A stretch of DNA of 64,000 nt, taken from a virus. Its lineage: Duplodnaviria > Caudoviricetes. The translations under genes were made by a program, and so were the position numbers. This document shows, piece after piece, positions 17,770 to 26,789 of this stretch. Position 1 is the stretch's first letter. Each line of letters opens with the position of its first letter. Where the stretch lies: positions 1 to 64,000 of the IMG/VR virus record IMGVR_UViG_3300030330_005626; one strand, 5' to 3'. Under the pieces are notes generated by a model. It worked only from the letters and a program-made list of their open reading frames with translations, was not told where the DNA came from and ran no database searches.

Positions 17770-18221
17770 TAGAAGATTATATAAAGTATATCAGTTTAAA
17801 GAGAAAGGAGCTTGGTGGCCACGCAATCTGCCCCTTTGCTAAAAGATTTTTAGATAAAACAGTAATAATAGAATCTAAAGACCTGCAAGCAGACGCTATA
17901 AAATGTTTAGAATCTCAAGATCGCCCAATGCTTTGGATGATATATGGTTGCCCGAATAAGTTTAATAAAGGGTGGCTTGAGTCGTTTTGTGAAAAACATA
18001 AAGAAAAAGCTAAGTCAAAAGATTTATGGCTGATATGGGATCACCCTGATCAAGTAAACAAAATAGGAGACGTAGAAACAAATAATAAAGAGTACGGAAT
18101 ACTGTTGATACAACCTCTAACAGAACTAAACGAATACTCTGATAAATTAAAAAACACTAATTATTATGATTTTTGGAAAAAAGACTATTATAAATCGATA
18201 GTAGAAGATAGAAAAAAATAA
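17766..18221 (+). CDS. DUF1415-like protein (CPFA...DHP)
   Basis: ICPFAK, DHPD, LLIQ..ELN. Confidence 0.55.
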   Translation: MIEDYIKYISLKRKELGGHAICPFAKRFLDKTVIIESKDLQADAIKCLESQDRPMLWMIYGCPNKFNKGWLESFCEKHKEKAKSKDLWLIWDHPDQVNKIGDVETNNKEYGILLIQPLTELNEYSDKLKNTNYYDFWKKDYYKSIVEDRKK

Positions 18222-18243
18222 GTGTAAATACTGGAAACAATCA

Positions 18244-18969
18244 ATGAAAGAATTTGAAATAGATTTTACAGAGGAAATAAATGCTCAAGCTTCAGAGGGG
18301 GCAGACTCTTTAGATAAGTTAACTTATAAAAAAACTCCAGAAGTATTTTTAAAAGTCGCTGAAAAAGACTTTAAATACATGGATATAAATATAAAGCCTC
18401 TTTTAGAGCTTTACCCTCCCGCTAATTCTAGCCAACAAACCAAAAATGAACTTCTGCAAGTTAAAAATTTTATGGAGCGATCCCACTCCAAAGAGTTTAC
18501 TTCCAATCTTAAAAGTATGAATGATGAGCCAGCTATGTTTATAATAGATTACTATAAAAAAGCAAGCGGCAAAGAAGTTCCAAAAACAATTTTAGGTTTC
18601 ATAACAGGAGGGGATGTTGAAGTTTTAGCGATGAAACTTAAAATGCATTTTAATAGACCGCGACCTTTTCAAATGGCAGAATATTATGACGTTAATTTAA
18701 ATTACAATAAAACAATTCAACACGGTGCAGCAGATGCGCCGTCTTATCCAAGTGGTCATACTTTATCGGCTTATTTTGCAGCTAGAGTTTTAAGTTATTT
18801 GTATCCAAAATATGAAGATGAGCTATTGAGAAGAGCCATGATGGTTGCTGATTCTAGAATTGCAGAAGGCGTTCACTTTAAAAGCGACAATATGTTTTCT
18901 TTTTATTTGGTTGACAGGGTTTTAATGCCAGCTTTCATAAAAGCATATGACAAAACAAGAAATAATTAA
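18244..18969 (+). CDS. PAP2-family phosphatase / vanadium haloperoxidase-like
   Basis: K-x6-RP (KMHFNRPRP), SYPSGH, SRIAEGVHFKSD. Confidence 0.85.
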   Translation: MKEFEIDFTEEINAQASEGADSLDKLTYKKTPEVFLKVAEKDFKYMDINIKPLLELYPPANSSQQTKNELLQVKNFMERSHSKEFTSNLKSMNDEPAMFIIDYYKKASGKEVPKTILGFITGGDVEVLAMKLKMHFNRPRPFQMAEYYDVNLNYNKTIQHGAADAPSYPSGHTLSAYFAARVLSYLYPKYEDELLRRAMMVADSRIAEGVHFKSDNMFSFYLVDRVLMPAFIKAYDKTRNN

Positions 18970-19369
18970 TTCTTTATCTTTTACTTATTGTAGGATTAAA
19001 CCATCAAAAATACATGGTGTTGGAGTTTTTGCCATAGTAGATATAGATAAAGGTGTGAACTTATTCCCAGACTGCTCTTGCGACTTAAAAAAAATAAAAA
19101 AAATAAACAAAAAAGAAATTTCTAATCTAGCTCCTGACATTTTAAAAATGATGAGCGATTTCCTAATTGAAAGTAAAACTCATTATTTCACAACTACGTC
19201 TTTAAACAATATAAACATATCTTACTTCTTGAATCATTCAGACCAACCAAATTGCGAGTGGGTAGAAAAAGATGACTCCTTTCGGCCTTTGAAAAACATA
19301 AAAAACCAAGAGGAGCTAACTATAAACTACGAAAAATATCTTGAAAGCGACCTTATAAAAAATGTATAA
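18947..19369 (+). CDS. SET-domain protein (lysine methyltransferase-like)
   Basis: SKIHGVGVFA, FLNHSDQPN, EELTINY. Confidence 0.85.
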   Translation: MTKQEIINSLSFTYCRIKPSKIHGVGVFAIVDIDKGVNLFPDCSCDLKKIKKINKKEISNLAPDILKMMSDFLIESKTHYFTTTSLNNINISYFLNHSDQPNCEWVEKDDSFRPLKNIKNQEELTINYEKYLESDLIKNV

Positions 19370-19712
19370 AAATTTAGCACCAGATATTCAAAGGCAAAGA
19401 CTTGTCATAGAAGGAACTTTACATAATCCATTTAAAGCAGAAGAAATGGATCGATTTTGTAGGGAAATGACAAAAGTATTAAACATGACAGAAGTTACTG
19501 CCCCGTTCTGCAACTACGACCCAGATTACGGTTGGTGCGCTTATGTCCACTGGAAAGAGAGCGGTATGCATATCTACGCTTGGGACGACAGAACTCCTTG
19601 CTTCTTCTCTGTGGATATCTATACTTGCAGAGAGTTTCAGGTAGAAAGCGCGTTAAATTATGTAAAAGATTTTTTTAAACAAAACTTAATTGAAGTTACT
19701 TGGAAAGACTAG
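19362..19712 (+). CDS. S-adenosylmethionine decarboxylase-like pyruvoyl proenzyme
   Basis: KES self-cleavage site, H-I-Y-A-W, DIYTC. Confidence 0.65.
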   Translation: MYKNLAPDIQRQRLVIEGTLHNPFKAEEMDRFCREMTKVLNMTEVTAPFCNYDPDYGWCAYVHWKESGMHIYAWDDRTPCFFSVDIYTCREFQVESALNYVKDFFKQNLIEVTWKD

Positions 19713-19714
19713 TT

Positions 19715-19927
19715 TTACCAATGTCTTATCACATTTGCGATAATAAAGAAACAGGTTATCAAGTTAACTATTACAATTAATGTTCTTATTAAAAGGCTGT
19801 ATCCTGCGTCTTTATTTGTTAGTATTGGAATATCTGGTTTGTCGTCGTCGGTCTTTCCGATTCGATGGTCTACGGTTCTAGCCCAAATTAACCAAAGTCT
19901 TTTAAACATTTTACCAAAATGGGCCAT
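19715..19927 (-). CDS. Small membrane protein
   Basis: C-terminal TM helix, ANVIRHW end. Confidence 0.55.
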   Translation of the reverse strand: MAHFGKMFKRLWLIWARTVDHRIGKTDDDKPDIPILTNKDAGYSLLIRTLIVIVNLITCFFIIANVIRHW

Positions 19928-20080
19928 ATTCGCCCCAAATAGATTCTCCTGTTATCAGGCTCCATATCAACACGAAAATCGAATAAATAATAACGGCTAT
20001 AATGGGCAAGGCTGGTATTAAGACAGTAATGCCAATAACAACGAGAATGATAATAAGAATTGCAGATAGAATATGTTTAA

Positions 20081-20575
20081 TCATATCGCTTTTCTTCTAA
20101 CCCCTAAGTGCTTTCTCATCCAAGCGATTTGATTATTAGTTTTATTTTTAAAAAACATTCTTCTAAGATCATCGCTAGAATAATCTGCGCCATGATCTAT
20201 TAGTAATCCCCGCTCTTCGTTAGTCCACACTGGTGGCTTGTGAAGCTTCATCATTTGCTTCTTGGCGTTAACTTGGATTGGGGTTTTATTTGGTATAAAT
20301 CTTTCGCTTATTTGACGTTGATCGTAATCCTTCCAAACCTTTAATAACGTCTCAACTTCGTCGGGAGTCCATCTTTGATTATGTGGCCCTCTCCTTATAC
20401 CCGCTTCAAGTCTGGCTGTTTGCACGGCTCTAGTGCTTCTGTGGGGTAATAAAAATTTACTGATTTGCGCGTCTGAATACTTCTTGTAATTATCTTTTAT
20501 TAATTTTAATTCAGACTGTTTCCACTTACGTTTAGCTTGATAACGGTCTCTGCCTTTGATTAAATTTGGGTGCAT
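20081..20575 (-). CDS. Three-repeat Myb/SANT-like HTH protein
   Basis: WKQSE..L, WTPDE..LL, WTNEE..LL repeats. Confidence 0.6.
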   Translation of the reverse strand: MHPNLIKGRDRYQAKRKWKQSELKLIKDNYKKYSDAQISKFLLPHRSTRAVQTARLEAGIRRGPHNQRWTPDEVETLLKVWKDYDQRQISERFIPNKTPIQVNAKKQMMKLHKPPVWTNEERGLLIDHGADYSSDDLRRMFFKNKTNNQIAWMRKHLGVRRKAI

Positions 20576-20576
20576 T

Positions 20577-20879
20577 TTAAGCGAGGTTTTTCAGTTTATG
20601 GTTTTCAAGTTTTAAATCTTGTAGCTCTTTTTCTTTACGAATAAGGAGCTCTTTGGCTTCTCTCAGCAGTTTAAGTGCTTTATTTAGACTTTGTTTGCTT
20701 GTGGTGTAGCCTTTGTGATAAGCGATGATGGCTTTATTTGATTTCTCTACTTTTTCTTTGCAATGGTCAATTACATCTAGAGTCCTTCTGCTCTCGTAAA
20801 AAGAACCCACAAGCGCACCAGATGCAAAGCAAATTAGAAACGCAATTATGTAACCATGTTTGAGGAGAAATTTATTCAT
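20577..20879 (-). CDS. Membrane-anchored coiled-coil protein
   Basis: N-terminal TM, heptad-rich tail. Confidence 0.55.
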   Translation of the reverse strand: MNKFLLKHGYIIAFLICFASGALVGSFYESRRTLDVIDHCKEKVEKSNKAIIAYHKGYTTSKQSLNKALKLLREAKELLIRKEKELQDLKLENHKLKNLA

Positions 20880-21211
20880 TGATTTTCATGATAAGCTTTT
20901 GCCTCATCGTAATCTGAATAATGACTTCTAGACTGTCCTGTTTCCTTGAATCTCGGCGGCATGAGCTTTGTGTACACATCTCTTTGTTTTTTACAGGTAA
21001 GGTGCTCGTAAGTTTCTGTACGAGGGCGAATATGTTTGTTTAAGTAATCTTGCCTATGTTGGCAGTCCAACTTTGCGTCCTCCAAATTTATAAATTCAAC
21101 ATACAGAGAGAAAAATCTTTGCACTCTTTTTGTTTTTGGCGCGACCCACCAAGTTAGTCTAAATAAAATTTTAAATAAAAATATTCTCATTTTGTTTTTT
21201 CCCACACCCAC
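20876..21211 (-). CDS. Hypothetical protein
   Basis: ORF in coupled run. Confidence 0.5.
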   Translation of the reverse strand: MGVGKNKMRIFLFKILFRLTWWVAPKTKRVQRFFSLYVEFINLEDAKLDCQHRQDYLNKHIRPRTETYEHLTCKKQRDVYTKLMPPRFKETGQSRSHYSDYDEAKAYHENQ

Positions 21212-22311
21212 ATTGGTTCAGCGAATTTACCAAGCTTGCCTTTTAAGGATTTAGAGTTTGGTCTTTTTCTCATTTGATATCCCATACAACCACAATACTT
21301 TGAATTTTTTAAAGAATCAAGAAAATCGTTCATTGGGTCGCAGATTTTATTTACTGTATGTTTAGCATAAACATCGCTGATATTTATCACCATTTTGCCT
21401 CCATCTTCTAGCGCGTCCCAACAATTAGATAAAGACTTGAATAAAAAATTTTCTAGCCAATCTTGTAATTGTTTATACTTTTTCCAAGACTGGTTATCCT
21501 CTTGAGTATATCTTTCTAGAGTGTAATAAGGAGGGGAAGTGAAAACTAAATCAAATTTTTGTCCTTTAAAGTCTACGTCTTCGGCGCACTCATTTACTAG
21601 TTGCACTTGTTTATTTTTTTGTAAATATTCTATCATCTCATAATATTTAGGAAAAAGCTTAGAATTTGGGTCAATACCAAAATAGCTTTGAGCGTCACTA
21701 GCTAGGAAACCACAAAGCCTGTCTCCCCATCCAGAACTAAAGTCTAAAACATTCTTAGCTTTAAAATGATTGTATACAGCTTTCGCTGTTGAGGGTCTAA
21801 ACTGACTAGCTATGTACTTCCTTAGAGCTATACAGTTCCTTAAATCCTTAGAGGTTACTTGTTTTAATTTTAAACTCCAAAGAGCTTTAAGCATTGTTAA
21901 CCTAAATTTTTCTTGAGTCCAAGATCGATACGGGCTTGGTGCGGTAATACTATCACACATCCATCTATTCTCTTGTTGAAAATAATCAGAGGTTTTATTG
22001 CCAGTGTTACAGCAAGAAAAAATCACGTCAGTAAAAAAATACTTTGATTTGTATTCGTATCTAGTGAACCATTCTGAATCGGTTTGTATGATATCTTTGT
22101 AGTCTAAATCTAGAAGCTTTTTAAACTCCGAAGCCGCATCGTCTTTACTTATTTGCCTCATGGGCATTGGTAAATTATTTTTACCGATAGCATCAGAGAT
22201 TGCTAATTTAATATCTTCAACATTATAAATGTTATTTAAATACTCCCAGTTTTGAGAGTCTATAAATATTTCGTCATCTTTAACGATACCAAAGGAATCT
22301 AAGCAGGTCAC
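21187..22311 (-). CDS. DNA methyltransferase (amino-MTase, N4C/N6A type)
   Basis: VLDFSSGWGDRL SAM motif, FTSPPY catalytic motif. Confidence 0.85.
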   Translation of the reverse strand: MTCLDSFGIVKDDEIFIDSQNWEYLNNIYNVEDIKLAISDAIGKNNLPMPMRQISKDDAASEFKKLLDLDYKDIIQTDSEWFTRYEYKSKYFFTDVIFSCCNTGNKTSDYFQQENRWMCDSITAPSPYRSWTQEKFRLTMLKALWSLKLKQVTSKDLRNCIALRKYIASQFRPSTAKAVYNHFKAKNVLDFSSGWGDRLCGFLASDAQSYFGIDPNSKLFPKYYEMIEYLQKNKQVQLVNECAEDVDFKGQKFDLVFTSPPYYTLERYTQEDNQSWKKYKQLQDWLENFLFKSLSNCWDALEDGGKMVINISDVYAKHTVNKICDPMNDFLDSLKNSKYCGCMGYQMRKRPNSKSLKGKLGKFAEPMWVWEKTK

Positions 22312-22354
22312 TCAAGTGAGTGTGTATTTTTTTTGAAGAAATATCAAGAAAAAT

Positions 22355-22588
22355 TTAATCCTCATCATTACCTATGGCTTCCACAGGGCAATCATCCATA
22401 GCTTGATCACAAGAAGTTTTTTCTTCTTCGTTTTCGGGTTGCTTATAAACGTAAGAATACCCTCCGTCTACATTAGCTTTAAAATTAGAAGGGGCGATCT
22501 CTCTACATAAATTGCAGTCAATGCACTCCTCATCAACGTAGTATTGACCTTCTACGTTATCTTCAAACTTATTGTCTCTGTCAGCCAT
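22355..22588 (-). CDS. Ferredoxin (single-cluster 4Fe-4S/3Fe-4S)
   Basis: YYVDEECIDCNLC...CPVEAIG. Confidence 0.9.
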   Translation of the reverse strand: MADRDNKFEDNVEGQYYVDEECIDCNLCREIAPSNFKANVDGGYSYVYKQPENEEEKTSCDQAMDDCPVEAIGNDED

Positions 22589-22952
22589 TTTTTTTAGTTA
22601 TTTTTTTTAACTTTTCTAAGAAAGCTTTGTATATTTTGTTAGCAGCTAATAATCTTTTTTTAGTTTCTGGGTCTTTGGCGTTTTTCGCTGCGAATCTAGA
22701 CCTCTGCTCCATAGCCATAGTGGCTTGGACTTTATGTTTATGAGGCTTGTTAGACTTTTGTATTATAGAAATACTCTGTCTAGCGGATTTAGCATCTTTA
22801 AAGCCTAAGCCTTTTATTGTACCTTTTGGATTTTCATCCGTATAAAGATCAGAGTGTTCGGATTTTGGCCGAATGGTGCCATCTTTTCTTTTTTCGGCAA
22901 TCCTTTTTTTTGCTCGTATTTGATCAGTAAAATCTATTTCAAATTCTTTCAT
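22581..22952 (-). CDS. Basic viral protein (DLYTDENPKGTIKGLGFKD domain) with MKEFEIDFT leader
   Basis: Motif; N-terminus identical to the 18244 ORF. Confidence 0.7.
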   Translation of the reverse strand: MKEFEIDFTDQIRAKKRIAEKRKDGTIRPKSEHSDLYTDENPKGTIKGLGFKDAKSARQSISIIQKSNKPHKHKVQATMAMEQRSRFAAKNAKDPETKKRLLAANKIYKAFLEKLKKITKKNG

Positions 22953-23136
22953 AAATTTTAAGTAATAAATAAATATTCATTGCGAAACTAATAAAAGATA
23001 AAGAACCTAGAAAAAAAATTTTTTTATTTATAGATTCTATTTCGGTATCAAACTCTTCAACATCCACGTCCCATTGCTTATTTTTTTTGCTTTTGTGGTA
23101 GAAGCGGTTTGGCATACTATATATTACACTATTTTT

Positions 23137-23541
23137 TTATCTCCAAACCCTGTAACTATCAGAATCTTCATGAAAGGTGCTCGTCTCGACGAGTTCTACA
23201 TCACCGTCGTAGGCAATAAGTTGGTGTGGTTGACCGCGTTGAATTTCCATAACATCTCCTTTTTTAAGGAGTTTATAACCTGTGTTACCAGATTTTGTGT
23301 AGATAAGATCGACTTTTAGCTCCCCGTCTAGTATATAAAAAGTCTCATGCTTTTTGAGGTGATAGTGCATGGAAGACTTGTAACCTTCGTAAATTTTTAA
23401 TATTTTACCGCAATAATTTTCTTCACGGTTATTAGCCATCCAGATTTCATATCCCCAATCTTTTTCTACGAATTTACTTTCAATCGACTTTTTAATTTTA
23501 GCTTGACCCTCTCTCCAGATTTCTCCACCACTTTTTTTCAT
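23137..23541 (-). CDS. Cupin (mannose-6-phosphate isomerase-like)
   Basis: KDWGYE, YCGKIL, SMHYH.KKHETFY, STFHEDSDSYR. Confidence 0.8.
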   Translation of the reverse strand: MKKSGGEIWREGQAKIKKSIESKFVEKDWGYEIWMANNREENYCGKILKIYEGYKSSMHYHLKKHETFYILDGELKVDLIYTKSGNTGYKLLKKGDVMEIQRGQPHQLIAYDGDVELVETSTFHEDSDSYRVWR

Positions 23542-23710
23542 CGACTACCTTTTAACGCTTCACTAACTATCGCTTCAACTTCCTCTTTTGTAAAATGGTC
23601 TGGATTGTCACAATGACCCCATTTAGAAAGCACTCCCACGCAAAGACCAAAAGAGATAGATAATAAAATAATAATAATTAATTTCTCTTCTTTATTTGGC
23701 TTTACGACTC

Positions 23711-24073
23711 TCACTTTTCTGGAGGAATGATAGCGTCAGTAGTGCGAGGACTGCTAGTATTTTTCAAATCAAATAACTCATCTTTTAACTTGGAATTCTC
23801 TTTACTCCAGTAATCGTTTATTACATCGACCTGCTTCTCAAGCATTATAGAAAAGTTTTTTTGACCGAGGTACATGGCTTTCCAGTGGTCTATTGCCATA
23901 CTTTTAGTCATAGAGTGAGCTATGTGCTTTTGTGCTATCTCTTCGCTCTTGTACATTGATTGCTGTATCTGCTTGTCCCATTTGTAATGGTAATAGTAAC
24001 CTGTAAACCAAGTTCCAAAGCAAATCAAGCCAAGGAAAATAAAGAATCTCTCTTGTATTGTATAGTTTTTCAT
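23711..24073 (-). CDS. Membrane-anchored hypothetical protein
   Basis: N-terminal TM. Confidence 0.55.
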   Translation of the reverse strand: MKNYTIQERFFIFLGLICFGTWFTGYYYHYKWDKQIQQSMYKSEEIAQKHIAHSMTKSMAIDHWKAMYLGQKNFSIMLEKQVDVINDYWSKENSKLKDELFDLKNTSSPRTTDAIIPPEK

Positions 24074-24074
24074 T

Positions 24075-24455
24075 TTATCCAGCCAAAGCTCCTAATATCA
24101 TAATGAAAATAAGCCCAAGTATTCCTAATCCAGAAATAACCAAAGTAGCTATTGCCGAGCTTATCTTTTTTACGCCTTTGTCTTTAATGATTGCAATAGC
24201 AGCAACTACAGCACTCACAAACGCCCCAAATCCGCCAAGAACCATAAAGATGCCGAACTTTGCAGCGGTTGCATCGTCAAGCTGGGGTTCGATTCCAGTT
24301 GCTTGTGCAGTTTGCGCTGCTTGGACGCCCAATGATACAGCTTTAATAAAGCCGTAAGAAGCTATTAGTCCTGAGATTAAAGTTCCAACCAAAGACACAA
24401 CGCCAATAGTGCTGTGTTCATTCGGTTCTTGCGGGGGGATTATGTTATTTTCCAT
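24075..24455 (-). CDS. Three-TM membrane protein
   Basis: Three hydrophobic segments. Confidence 0.6.
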   Translation of the reverse strand: MENNIIPPQEPNEHSTIGVVSLVGTLISGLIASYGFIKAVSLGVQAAQTAQATGIEPQLDDATAAKFGIFMVLGGFGAFVSAVVAAIAIIKDKGVKKISSAIATLVISGLGILGLIFIMILGALAG

Positions 24456-24888
24456 ATTCTATTAATGCTCCATCTGCGGTATGATCAATATAATCTGGAC
24501 GAATCCACTTGATAGTCTCTGGTGCATCGCCCTCTTTTAATTTTACCCAGTATGTAAATATTTGCTTCGGAGCAATCATTGGGTCTCTAGAAGTTTCATG
24601 AAAAACTTCGTACAAAGCTTCATCGTAAAATGGGGTAACAAGACTATGCTTATGTATAAAATCTACAGCCCCCTGAAAAGTACCGAAATATAATTTACCG
24701 TTTTTAAAATCACCGTCTTTATATTCTTCTAAAGGCCAATATTTTTGATTTTGGATATAGCAATTTACATAATAATCGTAATAAGTATGCCTAGAATTAT
24801 CAGGTATGATTTCTTCAGTTTTTGCAGGTAGCGTTGAAGTCAATGCTGCTGCTAGTGGGATTGTTTTTAAAAATTCTCTACGGTTCAT
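24445..24888 (-). CDS. Protein with twin-arginine (Tat)-like signal
   Basis: MNRREFLK + Ala-rich h-region. Confidence 0.6.
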   Translation of the reverse strand: MNRREFLKTIPLAAALTSTLPAKTEEIIPDNSRHTYYDYYVNCYIQNQKYWPLEEYKDGDFKNGKLYFGTFQGAVDFIHKHSLVTPFYDEALYEVFHETSRDPMIAPKQIFTYWVKLKEGDAPETIKWIRPDYIDHTADGALIEYGK

Positions 24889-24905
24889 TTTTAATTATTT
24901 TGTTA

Positions 24906-25247
24906 TTATATTTTTGTGGTGGCGCGAAGCTTATCTATATAGGCTTTGGCAAGCTCTTCGTTTTGGCAGACTAGCCACGCTAAAGTCCAACGTTTCTCGA
25001 ACTCTTTTACTTTTTCCTCGGTGGGAAAAACCTCTGGATTACGTTTGTCAAACTGAGGTCTATCGTCTACCACTGGTTTAAAGTCAGGATGTACGATGTG
25101 TTGCGCTCTTGAAGGTGAGCAGTTAATGCACCTTCTGTAGGACAATAGACCGAAGTAAGGCTCATCCCATGCGATACAGTGCATAGTAATAGCACAGTTT
25201 TCGGTGGTAACCTCGCAGTCACATTTATCGCAATATTCTTTACTCAC
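24906..25247 (-). CDS. Cys-rich hypothetical protein
   Basis: CxxC pairs. Confidence 0.55.
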   Translation of the reverse strand: MSKEYCDKCDCEVTTENCAITMHCIAWDEPYFGLLSYRRCINCSPSRAQHIVHPDFKPVVDDRPQFDKRNPEVFPTEEKVKEFEKRWTLAWLVCQNEELAKAYIDKLRATTKI

Positions 25248-25271
25248 TACTTTTTAATAGTAGTTATATTT

Positions 25272-25700
25272 TTAATTAATGTCGAGAATTATTTTTAATT
25301 CTTTCCAAGTATTTTTTACTGGCTCATCAGTAAGAATAATATGGTCTGGATCACCCAACTCAAATTCTTTTACATGGTATTCTTTTCTTAAATCTCTAGT
25401 GGATTGTAAAAATATCTCAATAACTTCATCTTGGTTATTATTTTTTAATTCCTCTCGTAAATCTTGGTAAGGATTAACCAAGCACATGATTACATTTTTA
25501 TGTTTTTTATTTAGATAAGTTGCAACAGCATTTGCATTTTTTATATTCTCCTTGCGTCCAGACTTACCATAATTATTATTTGTAAACATCTCCCTAAACT
25601 CATCCCCATCAATAACAAACTGAGTTTCAAGATGCTTTGCGAGTAGCTTTCCTAAAGTAGTTTTACCTGAAGCGGGTTGGCCATATAGTAAATAAACCAT
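25272..25700 (-). CDS. Adenylyl-sulfate kinase-like P-loop kinase
   Basis: GQPASGKTT, IDGDEFR, VNPY...R. Confidence 0.7.
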   Translation of the reverse strand: MVYLLYGQPASGKTTLGKLLAKHLETQFVIDGDEFREMFTNNNYGKSGRKENIKNANAVATYLNKKHKNVIMCLVNPYQDLREELKNNNQDEVIEIFLQSTRDLRKEYHVKEFELGDPDHIILTDEPVKNTWKELKIILDIN

Positions 25701-25731
25701 AATTATTTAAGAAATAAGTGTATAATATGAC

Positions 25732-25830
25732 ATGAATGAACTCGCGATTATGATGGCTGCTATAGATACGATTTGTAAAATTTTCACCGCGATTGGCGTG
25801 TGTTGGATTGCAATTAAAATAAAAAAATAA
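25732..25830 (+). CDS. 32-aa hydrophobic peptide, not in ORF track
   Basis: GTGTA-N9-ATG; MNELAIMMAAIDTICKIFTAIGVCWIAIKIKK*. Confidence 0.45.
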   Translation: MNELAIMMAAIDTICKIFTAIGVCWIAIKIKK

Positions 25831-25948
25831 TTAGGCACTGCACCTAATCACTAACCCCAAAGCGATTACAACAAAAAGCACAAACGCTCCAAAAGCTTTA
25901 CTGTCTTCAGGGGGAGGGTTTTTATCTGCGTCGTGAGGTAATATCATT

Positions 25949-26590
25949 TTATTGTTTTGTGTATTTATATTTTTTGACTATTTTAAGAGCTTCGATTCTA
26001 GCGTAATACAATCTAGACATAACAGTTCCTACTGGAATTTTTAATTTTTTTGAAATCTCTTTGTACTCCATTCCGTCTCTATGGTGCATCCTAAGCACAT
26101 CTCTGTGGTTGGGTTTAAGCTTTCTTAAAACCTTATCTATTAAAAGTTTATTTTCTTTAAGAGACTCTAAGCTTTCAATATTAGAATAAGGTAATTTTTC
26201 TGTTTGCTCGTTGTAATTTATATTTACTTCAACTTGGTGTCCGTCATTATACTTGTCGCTTCTATTAAACTCCCCTGATAAGTTTATACACTTTTCTATG
26301 TCAATAAATCCGTATTTTTTATTTTTTCTGTACTCGTCTAAAAAGTTTCTGTTTGCGATAGAACAAAACCAAGTCTTGAAGGCGCAATTACCTTTAAAGG
26401 TCTTAATTTTTTGCCAAGACTTGACAAGGGTTTGAGAGTATATTTCTTCCCCTAGAGAGTCATTACCTTTACAGTATTTAAGAATCCACGATTTAAAGTA
26501 ATGTTTATTTCTACAAATAAGCTCGTCAAAAGCAGCGCGGTTGCCCCTTTTGCACATAGAAACAAGCTGTTTGTCGGTTTTATTTTCCAA
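25949..26590 (-). CDS. ECF (RpoE-like) sigma factor
   Basis: AAFDEL, FKGNCAFKTW..IA.N, YKEIS..L.IPVGTVMSRLYYAR. Confidence 0.9.
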   Translation of the reverse strand: MENKTDKQLVSMCKRGNRAAFDELICRNKHYFKSWILKYCKGNDSLGEEIYSQTLVKSWQKIKTFKGNCAFKTWFCSIANRNFLDEYRKNKKYGFIDIEKCINLSGEFNRSDKYNDGHQVEVNINYNEQTEKLPYSNIESLESLKENKLLIDKVLRKLKPNHRDVLRMHHRDGMEYKEISKKLKIPVGTVMSRLYYARIEALKIVKKYKYTKQ

Positions 26591-26714
26591 ACTTTTTTGA
26601 CTTTTTCTTCCCCCAGTTTATTGAATCGTAATTTTTTTTATATTTCTTAGAAAAACAATTTCTTGGCTTATCACCTTTTCCGTTCTGATTTGACTTATTG
26701 CTTTTCATTTAAAT

Positions 26715-26789
26715 TGGTAGGCAATGAGGGATTCGAACCCCCGACTTTCTCGGTGTAAACGAGACACTCTACCACTGAGTTAATTGCCC
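26715..26789 (-). tRNA. tRNA-Val(TAC), 5' end overlapping dut stop codon
   Basis: TCTCG-TTTACAC-CGAGA arm, GGTTCGAATCC, CCA. Confidence 0.9.
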
